Positions 17,853-28,400 of a DNA stretch of 64,000 nucleotides are shown piece by piece. Where the stretch lies: IMG/VR virus record IMGVR_UViG_3300022602_000026, one strand, 5' to 3'. The notes beneath the pieces were generated by a model that was given only the letters and a program-made list of their open reading frames with translations, searched no databases and had not been told where the DNA came from. The DNA is from a virus (taxonomy: Duplodnaviria; Caudoviricetes). The position numbers and the translations under genes are program-made. Every line of letters starts with the position of its first letter. Position 1 is the first letter of the stretch.

Positions 17853-19544
17853 TCAATCGACACCGTCGCCACCGCCACCACCGCTATAATCGGGTGCTGG
17901 GTAAACGTAATTATCATATGCTCCGGTGCCATATCCTCCACCAGCAACAGTAATATTCCCAAAACTTCCTGTAATCACAGTTGGTCCTGCCGATGTTCCA
18001 GAATAAGTGTTAAGAGCAGTTCTAGTGGTCCATAATACAGTATTGCTGTTATTAGATATTGTCATTGCAAATCCCCCTGGACCGCCGGTATTGAGAGCAT
18101 CAAATTTCAATAATCTATTGCCCTGAGACATTGTTACTCCAGTAACTGTCACAGAAGATGTAAACGTACCTCCGGCACTGGCAAAAATTTGTGTGCCATC
18201 AATTGAGAATGTTAAAGAATCATCGGCTGCGTATGTTATATTATACGTTCCTGTATAAGGTGCAGTAAACACTCTTCGGCTTGTAACAACCGAGTTAATT
18301 GGACTTACCCCGTCTTGATTGGTCCATACTGCATAAGAATTCATAAAAGCACTCCACGAGTAACTCAATGTCACCGGGTACCACGGAGTGTCTTGTACTA
18401 ATCCGCCATTGGCACCAACAGATCCTATTGTGATACTTAGAGTTTCTCCAGGAGTAACAGTTACTTGTTGTATAGAATAATCGCCACTGCCGCCTCCGCC
18501 GCCACTGCCACCTTGATTTACTCGTCCAGTGCTGGTTATTAAATTGTTTGGTAGTGCTCCACCTCCGCCACCTCCGCTGCCAACTGCCAATACAGTCAAT
18601 TGGTGTACGTGATCGGGAACTGTCCAAGTATACGTACCGGATTCGGTAAATGCTTGTAATCCACTGGGCTGAGTCACTGTTACGTTGACCGGAACAATTA
18701 AATTTGATGCGTTCACAGCATTACTGGTAAATGAAAGTATACCACTGTAGCTACCAACATTTAAATTTGCCGGCGAGATACTGAATGTTGCTACGTTGCC
18801 GGTATAGATGGTTTGGAAGTTATTGACTGCAATATTACTGCCAATTGTTATTGGAGCTATCTCGTTAGTGATAGCAAAGGTCAGCGGTGAGCCAACCGCC
18901 GATATTGAGCTGACTCCTAAATTTCCGCCGATACCAGAATTGATTATAGCGATGTTGGTCAGCCCCGAATCAGACTCAAACAATGAATAAGAAATATTTA
19001 TAGGATTAGGTGTAACTGTTATTGCCGGATAATCTGCGTTTACATTTACAGTAACCGGAATACTCGAGTTTGCATACCCCAAGTATCCTATATAGTTTGT
19101 AAAATTAACATTGCCTGTGAATCCGGTACCAACTGTATTTCCATATACATTTATACTCAAAACAGTTGATTGATTTGGTGCAAGTGTTACTGGATATGGG
19201 TCACTAGTCGAGACATGAGATGTTGCATAATTTCCGGTACTGTCATTGATAAAAAAGTTATTAATTGTTAATTGATAGTCGCCGGTGTTGGTAATTTGTA
19301 TTGCTTGTTGAGTAGTACTTTGATAGAATTGATAAGTGTTGAATGTCAAAGACGTTACATTTGCAGTATTGACACCTCTTGGTGTTGGGTAAATTCTTTC
19401 CCATTCGCCATCGGGTCTTTTATACCAAGCGGTCTTTACCGGAGTCCAAGTTACACTATCTGTTTTAATCAATAAGTTGGTAAGTGGTTTATAAATCCCG
19501 CTGTTATTTTTATTATAAGTTACACCATACTGTAGATAGGACAT
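17853..19544 (-). CDS. Tail fibre/receptor-binding protein with two Ig-like (ASH/choice-of-anchor-D-like) domains, a Gly-rich domain and a PA14-like insert
   Basis: ITNTGDYQLTINN and IINSGIGGNLGVSSI (Ig-like); TESGTYTWTVP..VLAVGSGGGGG (Gly-rich domain); TGTYNITYAADDSLTFSIDG (PA14-like DD motif). Confidence 0.65.
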   Translation of the reverse strand: MSYLQYGVTYNKNNSGIYKPLTNLLIKTDSVTWTPVKTAWYKRPDGEWERIYPTPRGVNTANVTSLTFNTYQFYQSTTQQAIQITNTGDYQLTINNFFINDSTGNYATSHVSTSDPYPVTLAPNQSTVLSINVYGNTVGTGFTGNVNFTNYIGYLGYANSSIPVTVNVNADYPAITVTPNPINISYSLFESDSGLTNIAIINSGIGGNLGVSSISAVGSPLTFAITNEIAPITIGSNIAVNNFQTIYTGNVATFSISPANLNVGSYSGILSFTSNAVNASNLIVPVNVTVTQPSGLQAFTESGTYTWTVPDHVHQLTVLAVGSGGGGGGALPNNLITSTGRVNQGGSGGGGGSGDYSIQQVTVTPGETLSITIGSVGANGGLVQDTPWYPVTLSYSWSAFMNSYAVWTNQDGVSPINSVVTSRRVFTAPYTGTYNITYAADDSLTFSIDGTQIFASAGGTFTSSVTVTGVTMSQGNRLLKFDALNTGGPGGFAMTISNNSNTVLWTTRTALNTYSGTSAGPTVITGSFGNITVAGGGYGTGAYDNYVYPAPDYSGGGGGDGVD

Positions 19545-19550
19545 TGTGTT

Positions 19551-20774
19551 TTAGATCTGAAACCAGAAATCTCCAACATTACCTTGCGTATTGTTTGGCA
19601 AATTTGTACTAACAGTTCTTTGACTACCAAGCCAAGGTGCAGTATTACTATTGGTAATTGCATTTTGTACAAATGCAGTTGATGCAATACTTCCACTAGA
19701 ATCAAAACTATTTGCAACATTTGGAGTTTTAGGATTTCCCAATAGCGTTGGACTGGTATTGAATACTATGCTACCAAGTCCTGTTGCACCAGCACTGGTA
19801 ACTCCGCCAACAGTTATATTGCCGCCAACTACTAAATTGCCATTTATGTTTGTTAGTGTGCCATTTACGTTTAAATTATAAAGCACATTTGTAGATCCAT
19901 CAGCACCCCATACAGAAAACGCTCGTGTACTTAATCCGCCAACTGTTGGCCATAGACTGATATTACCGCCCGATACTGTGTTATAATATCTTGCAGCTCC
20001 AGTGGGAGCGCTGTCGATTGATATGTTGCCGTTGCCTACTAGGATATTACTTGTGAATGTTGGAACTATATCAGTTCTTGCATAGTTTGCAGCAACAACA
20101 TTTCCCAACATTTGACTGTTTGTAGCGGTACCAATAAATTCAACTTGGTTTGCAATTCCTGTGGCCAGTGTAAGCCCCGGGGCAATTGTGCTAAACCCTG
20201 TAACAGGATTGCTAGGACTAATGGTAAATGTACTATCATAGCTGCTGATTGCAACTACATTATTGTTATGATAAAACTTAATTACAGTATGATTTGTTCC
20301 CACTGTATCTACTACAGTTTCTGCAATTGCTCCGCTTTTGCCAGCCAGTATGCTATATCCCGGGCCAACTAAAGTCCAGGATGTTCCGTTCCACGAGCTC
20401 AATTGATAATTTACAGCATCCCACCATTGTGTTCCCACTACACTGCCAAACGAACTTGACGCTGGTGCTGTATTTGAAACTATAATTGGGTCTACCAGTT
20501 TCCAGGTTGTGCCAGTGTATACGTTTAAAAATCCAGTTGTGGTATTATACCAAAGTTCGCCAGTCAACGGTTTAGTTGGCGGTGTTGTGCTTGCAAAATT
20601 TTGCAACAGTCTTATAAAATTTTCATCCAAGTATTGACCATAGACTGGATAATTTTTTCCAAACAAATCAAGGTCACTGACATTTTGTCCAGGATTAAAA
20701 TCTGGACCGTCGGCAGTACCATCTACTAGATTAATCAGCAGAGTGCCGTCAGTTCTGTTTAATAGATATGCCAT
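19551..20774 (-). CDS. Tail fibre/baseplate-attached protein
   Basis: GKNY..YGQYLDENFIRLLQNF..PLTGELWYN module, paralogous to the N-terminus of 15665..16831; ends GDFWFQI. Confidence 0.65.
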   Translation of the reverse strand: MAYLLNRTDGTLLINLVDGTADGPDFNPGQNVSDLDLFGKNYPVYGQYLDENFIRLLQNFASTTPPTKPLTGELWYNTTTGFLNVYTGTTWKLVDPIIVSNTAPASSSFGSVVGTQWWDAVNYQLSSWNGTSWTLVGPGYSILAGKSGAIAETVVDTVGTNHTVIKFYHNNNVVAISSYDSTFTISPSNPVTGFSTIAPGLTLATGIANQVEFIGTATNSQMLGNVVAANYARTDIVPTFTSNILVGNGNISIDSAPTGAARYYNTVSGGNISLWPTVGGLSTRAFSVWGADGSTNVLYNLNVNGTLTNINGNLVVGGNITVGGVTSAGATGLGSIVFNTSPTLLGNPKTPNVANSFDSSGSIASTAFVQNAITNSNTAPWLGSQRTVSTNLPNNTQGNVGDFWFQI

Positions 20775-20779
20775 TGCCG

Positions 20780-21427
20780 TTATCCTATGCTACTTAAATT
20801 TGTCAATGTCTGTATACGAACTGTATAGTCAACTTGAATAAGTCGGTTTAAACTTTTTTGTACCGGGTGAAATATAACATGAGTCAACATTGGGCCGGTG
20901 CTGGTCAAGCCCGCGGTACCATCAGTACTGCGTCCAAACAGTCCAAGTTCGTCAAATGTATAAGTATCGGTTAGTGTTTGGCTGTTATCAAAAGCACTTT
21001 GCCCTGCAGGTTCACCGTAATCTAGTAAACAACTTACCAAAATATCGGTATAAACTTCCCCGGGCACGTGTCTAACTTGTATATAATTCTGTGAAGGATT
21101 GTTATTAGAAGAACTTGTATTATCTACTACTTTACTGTAAGTTGCATTATACAAATTACTGTTTTGCCCTGTGGTGTTTGGTGGCAAGTAGGTTATTACT
21201 CCTGTAGGATCAACACTGCTTCCGCCATTACCAAAGTGCATTTCATAAATGAAATTTTGTTGCTTGTTGGCTAAATTGTAGGCCAATGCTATACTGATAT
21301 TCTCGTAGTGAATTGCATTACTTTTATTAATATAGACATGCCCAGATTCTGGGTCAGATATTTTAATGTGCCCGCGAACATAAATTCCGCCTATGTCGTC
21401 TGGTTTTCTTTGTGTATCTTTATTCAT
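20780..21427 (-). CDS. Conserved baseplate/tail structural protein
   Basis: GHIKI..NAIHYEN..FGNGGS..YLPPN..FDELGL..HVIFHPVQK; has its own late promoter; sits in the tail module. Confidence 0.6.
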   Translation of the reverse strand: MNKDTQRKPDDIGGIYVRGHIKISDPESGHVYINKSNAIHYENISIALAYNLANKQQNFIYEMHFGNGGSSVDPTGVITYLPPNTTGQNSNLYNATYSKVVDNTSSSNNNPSQNYIQVRHVPGEVYTDILVSCLLDYGEPAGQSAFDNSQTLTDTYTFDELGLFGRSTDGTAGLTSTGPMLTHVIFHPVQKSLNRLIQVDYTVRIQTLTNLSSIG

Positions 21428-21446
21428 ATTTGTTACTCTATCTATA

Positions 21447-21454
21447 TATTTATC
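21447..21454 (-). promoter_or_regulatory. T4-type late promoter GATAAATA
   Basis: Intergenic, upstream of 20780..21427. Confidence 0.7.
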
Positions 21455-21457
21455 GTT

Positions 21458-22426
21458 TTATAATCTACCAACTACAACTTCAATTACCCCAACACCCGAT
21501 CCCGAGAAATTGCCAAGTGCCTTACCAATTACTGTGCCTACTGCGGCATTGTTATTTGCCATTGCAACTCCAGGAATTGGGCTGGTTACCATTAGATCTC
21601 CGCGTACCACAGTGCCAGTTACTTGGCAGGGTACTCGACCTTGTAATGCTACGTTGACAACATTTACCCCGGCTATTCCGGCATTCATGGTGTATGCGGG
21701 ATTGGTACTGACTACCCCGGCTACCTTGGTGTCATTGGGCTGATAACTGGCAGTGACTTCGGTGTCGGTTCCAAAAATTACAACTGTTCCCGAAGCATAA
21801 TTACTGTCGCTGACATATCGTTCGGCCAAGTCAGCGTATAATGCATGAATTGCTGTTCCGTACACGTTATTGAACCAATTGGTTGTGCTACCAATATTGA
21901 CCGCAGCAATATTGCTTATTGGAATAATGGGACTAGAAAGAGTTGTAGTGCCCGAAATACTTGCAGTTCCAGTAACCGATAAATTTGCCCCAATTGACAC
22001 ATTGTTATTGGCAGTTAAATTGTTCAGTGTGATATTTCCAAGATTGGTGATATACTGTTGATTTGGCAATGTTACTACTGCATAAATATTTCCGGCAAAT
22101 TGCGAGCCCAATCCCGATACATTACCGTATAAGTTGGCCAGTAAATTTCCATCAACAGTTTCGGCATTGAGAACTACCAAATTACCGCCTATCAACACAT
22201 CACTAGTAGTGGTCAAAGTTCCGGTGTTGATTGCGCTGGTAACTGTTAGATTGCCAAAGGTACCAGTTCCAGCAGTTAAACTGCTAAAATTTTGTCCGGA
22301 AAGAAAACTTGCCAAACTGGCAATTGTGGTTCTATAAGTTCCGGCATTTTGATCTATTGCTATGTTTGCAGTAGATTGAATAGTAGGCGCTAAGTTTAGG
22401 GCCGATATTGTGGTAGTTGTTGCCAT
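21458..22426 (-). CDS. Tail fibre/appendage protein with C-terminal peptidase G2-type chaperone domain
   Basis: Beta-helical N/T/G repeats, then YADLAERY..GTVVIFG..VAGVVS..GRVPC..GDLMV..IGKALG. Confidence 0.7.
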   Translation of the reverse strand: MATTTTISALNLAPTIQSTANIAIDQNAGTYRTTIASLASFLSGQNFSSLTAGTGTFGNLTVTSAINTGTLTTTSDVLIGGNLVVLNAETVDGNLLANLYGNVSGLGSQFAGNIYAVVTLPNQQYITNLGNITLNNLTANNNVSIGANLSVTGTASISGTTTLSSPIIPISNIAAVNIGSTTNWFNNVYGTAIHALYADLAERYVSDSNYASGTVVIFGTDTEVTASYQPNDTKVAGVVSTNPAYTMNAGIAGVNVVNVALQGRVPCQVTGTVVRGDLMVTSPIPGVAMANNNAAVGTVIGKALGNFSGSGVGVIEVVVGRL

Positions 22427-22451
22427 TTTTTAAATTTTTAATCCTTTTTTA

Positions 22452-22459
22452 TATTTATT
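22452..22459 (-). promoter_or_regulatory. T4-type late promoter AATAAATA
   Basis: Intergenic, upstream of 21458..22426, followed by an AAAGGA SD. Confidence 0.7.
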
Positions 22460-22462
22460 TGC

Positions 22463-25400
22463 TTAGGTCAGTGGTTTAATAAGTCCTTTAAGGAATGTTG
22501 CTTCAACACTAGGATTATTACCAAATATTGCACCCTCTAGTCCCGACCCATCTGTTATTGCTCCGGCTGCGTTACCAACAGTAACCAAAGGAACAGCAGA
22601 TCCACCAATATTTGCCGAAATCTCGTCGCCAAATTCATCAACTATGAATAACGATGCCCCGGGTGGCGCATTTAGCCAAGTTGTGGTATGTACTAGATTT
22701 CCTCCAGGAATCAATTCGGGTAGATTTACATCTATTACTTGGCTTCCCGACGCTTGGACCAACGGGGCTCCAGTTCCGTCAACTGCTCGGCGTATCTGTC
22801 CCAATACATTGTTGTTGTAATCCACAGTCCAGAATGTGATCTTTTCTCCGTTTATATACACAATACCCGGAGTCAGTGCACTGATATTTGGTGCTGTAAG
22901 CACTTGGGCATTGGCTACGTGTATATTGCTGTCGGTGATATTTAAGTCGGCAGTCAATGTTGTTATAGCATTATAGTTAACGCCATAATATTTTGGCCAT
23001 AGTTTGTAGTTTGTTGAGCTTGCATTGGCCTGCATGTTGTACTCTACCAAATAACTAACAATAGCTGTATTGTTTTGTAACTTGGTAGTTACCATCATGT
23101 TTAAATTGTCAAACGTTGCTCCGGGCACCAATTCCTCTGGGGCATGACTGCTATAAGTGTCGTAGTAGGCACCGCCATCGATTGCAACATCACCTATGTT
23201 ACTACCAAAACTGGTATTTTTATAGGTATTTTGTATACTTGAATCTAGATATGTAGGATTGTTGAAATCGTAATATTTCAAACTAACATTAGATCCTAAA
23301 GGAATATCACTAGTCAAATTGATTGCTACCAATTGGTCTTTGGCTATAATTGCAATTGTTGTGATGTACTGCTGGGCAGTGGTATTATCAACAACTGTCA
23401 ACGGTTGTCCAACTGCATAGCCCAAAGTAGTAAAGTCTAAAATGCTGACATTAGAACTGTATAACGACAGTGTATTTGCATAAGCATATATGACATTGCT
23501 GTTTGTAACTACTGAGGTATTTGCTTCAAATGCGACACCGGTTACTTCTACACCAGGATAACCGACGCCTGACATCAATTGGCTTAGATCTCGTCCCGGC
23601 ATTCCAACCTGGGGTTGATAGTATGCTGTAATTCTATCAGCAGCGTTGGTAAAGCTATTGGCATTCAATAGTGTATATTTTGAATAATCAAATATATTGT
23701 TGACCACAGTTGGAGTTACATTTGCATCTATACCGTTGACCTTGATATTTCCCCAACGTCGTGTGTAGTTTGAGCTTAAATTTGCAACTGTGATTGCGCT
23801 TGAGTTACTGGATATTGCAATAATTTGTGCATTAGCAGTACTGTTTGATTGTGTGATATAGTTGCCAACGTTGGCTGATATGTTTCCGCTTAGACTTAGA
23901 ATTGCACTACTGTAAACAGTTTGAGTTGCTTGATATGCTTGTCCGTTGTAACTAACAATTGAGTTTGCTGCAACTGTGATATTGGGTTGCCAAACAATAA
24001 CATTGCTCGAGTAAGTGGTGCGGTCAAATACCAATGTTGTATTGATGTTTCTTACTGTGTTGTAACTTTGATTTATGAATTGAGTATAAGAAGTTACCGA
24101 AGTTACATTTGTACTTAGATTTGCATAATCTCTAAAGATATAGTGGTTACTAGTGAATGTTCCGCTTACATCTACCAATGTGATAACATTGCCAGTACTA
24201 GTTTCGTAAACTGTACCTGCTGCTCCAGTATTTGCTTGAGTAATGATGTTGCCGGCATACACCAAGGCATTTGCTGATGTAGTTAAAGTTGTTGTTGGCA
24301 AACTATCTATATAGTAACGATTCTTTAGCACAGGGTAGCCAGCAGCGCCAGTACCGGTACCGTTTATCAATATTGTTGGCGTACTGGTATATCCCGATCC
24401 AGGATCGTTGACTGTGAATCCGGTTAAATATCCTGTAGATAAATTTACTACAGCAGTAATATTTGCGCCACTTCCGCCGCCACCCAATACAGTAACAGTG
24501 GGAGTTAGATAGTATCCGCCAACTTCGTTTACACTAGTAACATTAGTTGGGGCAACTCCCAAATTACCACCATTATCATAAATGTACGCACCATTAATTG
24601 TAATGGCAGTAACATTTGCCGATACGTTTGCTCCATTGTTGTAAATAAACGCATTTCCGCTGGAAACTTTATTAAACTGTACTGGACTTAAATTAACCAA
24701 AGTAATAACATTACCCGAACTTGCAGAGTAAACAGTACCCGATGCTCCGGTACTTAGTTGTGTAATGGTGTTACCAACATTTGCTATTATATTTGCGTCT
24801 AAGGTCAGTGTGGCGTATGAGGTGATAAATGTACCCGACACATTGATCAAATTAATTGAATTATCTACACTATTAATTTGAACATTTCCGCTTGCGCCTG
24901 TAAACGGTTGTGTGATAGTATCGTTATAGTTTACAACTACATTAGAAGATGTTGTCAAAGTTGTTACAAATATATTTGATCCGTCACCGGGATTGGCAAC
25001 CAATACTTCACTGATTCCATAATTGTAATTGGAATTCCATTGATTGTACTGCGGCAGTGTACTTAGATATGATGAAACATTTGATCCTGACCCTGTTGGG
25101 CTTACATATCCTATTCCGTTTATATAAGTTGCCGGAATGTCAAAGTCGGTGGTATCTCCATAGTACTCGTCGTCGCCCTGGTAGTCGATTAGATATTGTC
25201 TAATACTGGTTCTATAAGGTTTAACTTCGTTAATATATTGCTCGTAATATGTTTGATTATCAGGAATATAATTAGCCGGTTGGTTTAGTTTTCTTAATCT
25301 ATGTAAGATACTGATAAAACTTGTTTTAAATACCCAATCAACTGCGGGTTGTTCGGTTAACACATAATTAATCATGTAGAAGAACAAGTCATTGAAGTTA

Positions 25401-28400
25401 ACTTCCAATTCGTTGATAAAGATATTATTTTTTATTGTGTTGAAAATAATACGTATTTCGTTGGCAGCTACGTTGGTTGTGTATAAATTACTGTTAAATT
25501 GTATTGTGCCATTTTGTATGCCCACTAGGCTACTTGTGCCATCGGCATTGTATCTATAAATTACAAATTGGTTGTTACCGTTGTTTAGTACTTTGATTGT
25601 GTTGCCTACCACTGGACTGATTGTTGCAACATCGGCAATGGTGTTTACTACAAAAGTAGGCAAAACTGTTGGATCATAACTGCTGTCGTACCAATTAGCA
25701 AAGCTCCAATAGAAAGGAGTATAGTAACTTTGGTGAGAAGATGCTGACCAAACTGAGCCGGTCCATAAATATGTATACCATAGTCCATTTTCTGTTTCGT
25801 CATTTAAAACCAACACAGTGTATCCTGTTGGTAAATTAGCAGTATCCACATAACTTAATTCGGCGTGTGTTGCTACTTCTATATCATAGGTCTTGGCATC
25901 AGGCAATGGTGCTGCCGAATACAACGGTGTTATATTATACTCTTCTACAATTGGATTTTTTATTAATATCCCGTTAACATATTCAACAAAATTCTCTAGT
26001 GCTGTTAGTCTATTCACAAACAGTGTTTGATTGGGATTTACCCCAAGTCCGATACTGCTTTGTGGTGTTAGATTTGCACTTGGAACTGCGTATCCGTTCA
26101 TGTCAATACCACTCAAACTATCGATCATCTTGTTGACAATGCGTGTTGGTATTAAACTTCCGGGATTGTCTTCTTGTACCAATTGATATTCACTGTGAAT
26201 AATATTGGTATTCTTTAGCGTATCATAATCCATGTGCAATACTGTTGTGTTGCCCGATACAGTATTACCGCCCAATAGGTTAGATATTCCGTGCAAGCTC
26301 ACAGTGTCGCTTCTCAATACCGCAGCATAAGGAATACCTTGAGATTGCGGGTTTGCAATAATATTTTGTATGGTACTTGTAGTATTTTTGTGAGTACTAG
26401 CCAATTCTAAACTTGTTTTGCCGTATACCCAATAGTAGTATTTGCTGGTTACTAATTTGGTAACTGGATTGATTGTGCTTTCCACAACATACGCACTATT
26501 GTCCGGGTACAAAGGAGTACCCGAGCCGGTATATAAACTAGGTGGCATATCGCTTTCGACCCATTCGCAGACCTGTATTTCACTGCCTGGGAATGTTGTG
26601 CCCCAGTTGTTGGCACGATAAGTCAAATTGCCTTGCTCGTAATTCAAATAACGAACTCGATCAATGTTCCACCAAGTTTGTGTGACCTGTTCTGGCCCCC
26701 AATGGAAATCTACACTATTGGCCAAATTGGGACTAGAGTCAATTCCGCCCACTGCGTTGTAAACTGCAGGATCATAAGCAGTGATATAATCTAAATCTTC
26801 TGCGGCTGCACCAAGTATTTTGCCCTTGGCTGGATCAATATAATCCAAATTGGTAATAATTGTACTAGTTGTATTGTCATACAAATAGAATCTACTGATG
26901 CTTTCTATATCCACTTGCGGTTGTTGTTGTTCAATTACATCCCATCCAACATTGCCGGTAAAGTTGTTGTAAACATAGTAAGTTCCACCATTGGGAATTG
27001 ATGTAATCAAATTGCTAACAGGATTAATTGTTACGTTGTTGCTATCGCCGGGAGCACCAACCAATAAAGTATTTGCATTCATTGCAATGCTATAACCAAA
27101 TTGGTCATTGGTACTTAGATTGTTATTTTGCAATCGTTGTACCAATGTGTATTGGTCTGGCGTTGTTGTTGTAAATGGTGTATTTACTAGGCCATACACG
27201 TAAACCATACCTGATCCGTTGATGGCATCATTGAACGATGTAGAGCCATAATCAAATATTGTTGTATCGCTATCAAATGTTGTTAGATTGTATGTTGTGC
27301 CTTCACTGGCAGCAATCATCAATGATTCACCATCGGGACTAGATATAATTTGACTACCAAATTGATTTACATTGTCCGAAGCAGGATGTGTAAATTGTTG
27401 TACGTTGGCAAATACCGATAATCCAAGATTTGCCAGTAACGAACTTGGACCTAATGTTAGCTTTTGATACGGAGTTGAAACATTGCTTGATATTGTTAAT
27501 CCACCGTATGCGTATGCAGTTGCCGTAACTCCAGGAATGTTTGCGCTATTGATATTTGCTGCTATGTTGGCCACTGTATTTCCGCCAACGGTTACAGTAA
27601 TACCATTGATACGCAGTGTGTCGCCAATGTTGATTACCGGACTGAAGTTTGTGCTGCTAATAGTGCCGTAACTGGTTGCTTGATTTACAAATCTATATAC
27701 TATACCACTGTAGTAACCAGGAACACTATATCCAGGGCTTGCAACATATACATCAGCATCGTTGCCCGAAATCCAAGAGGTTAATCCAAATGCAGCTCCA
27801 CTGATTGTGACCGGTGCTGTCAATTGTTCTAGTAACTGTATTGTATTTGTGTCTACAGTGATTACACTGCCAATCACAGGTGCAGTATTAAAATTAATTG
27901 CACTACTGTTTGTAGTAAATCCCGATGTGATCACATTGCCATTTAATGTAATCTTGACTGTGCTAGGTGTTATAGGATAGGTAGTAAAGTAAGCCGGGCC
28001 GCTGTTGGCAATAAATGTTTCCACACTACGATCGTAAACATACACTGCACCAGCAGCAGTAATATTGTTTACACTTTGATAAGGTGCAGATATAACAACT
28101 TGACGTCCATCGCTAGTGGTTTTTACTTGATGTCCAAACTGTGCATAAGCACTGCTGCCAATTGTGATTGTGTTGGCGTAACTGTAATAATTTGAAGTGT
28201 TTGCATGATAAACATAAACGTTGCCAGCGTTGGGAGCACTAACATATAACCAAACACCGTCGTTGCTGGCACTTACGCTGGTTCCGTAAGCATCGCCTGC
28301 ATTACTGCTCCAAGGACTGGTTAGTGTTTGCGTCCATGGGAAACTGGCATTGCCATTAAATTGATGAATGTGTACACGTCCGTAATCGCTGACTCCGTCG

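Noticed and set aside
17833-17855. Frameshift or readthrough fusing 17853..19544 with 16870..17832
   Set aside because: TGA is followed by an in-frame TAA, the downstream frame has a TAG just before its ATG, and the second gene has a good AGGAG SD.
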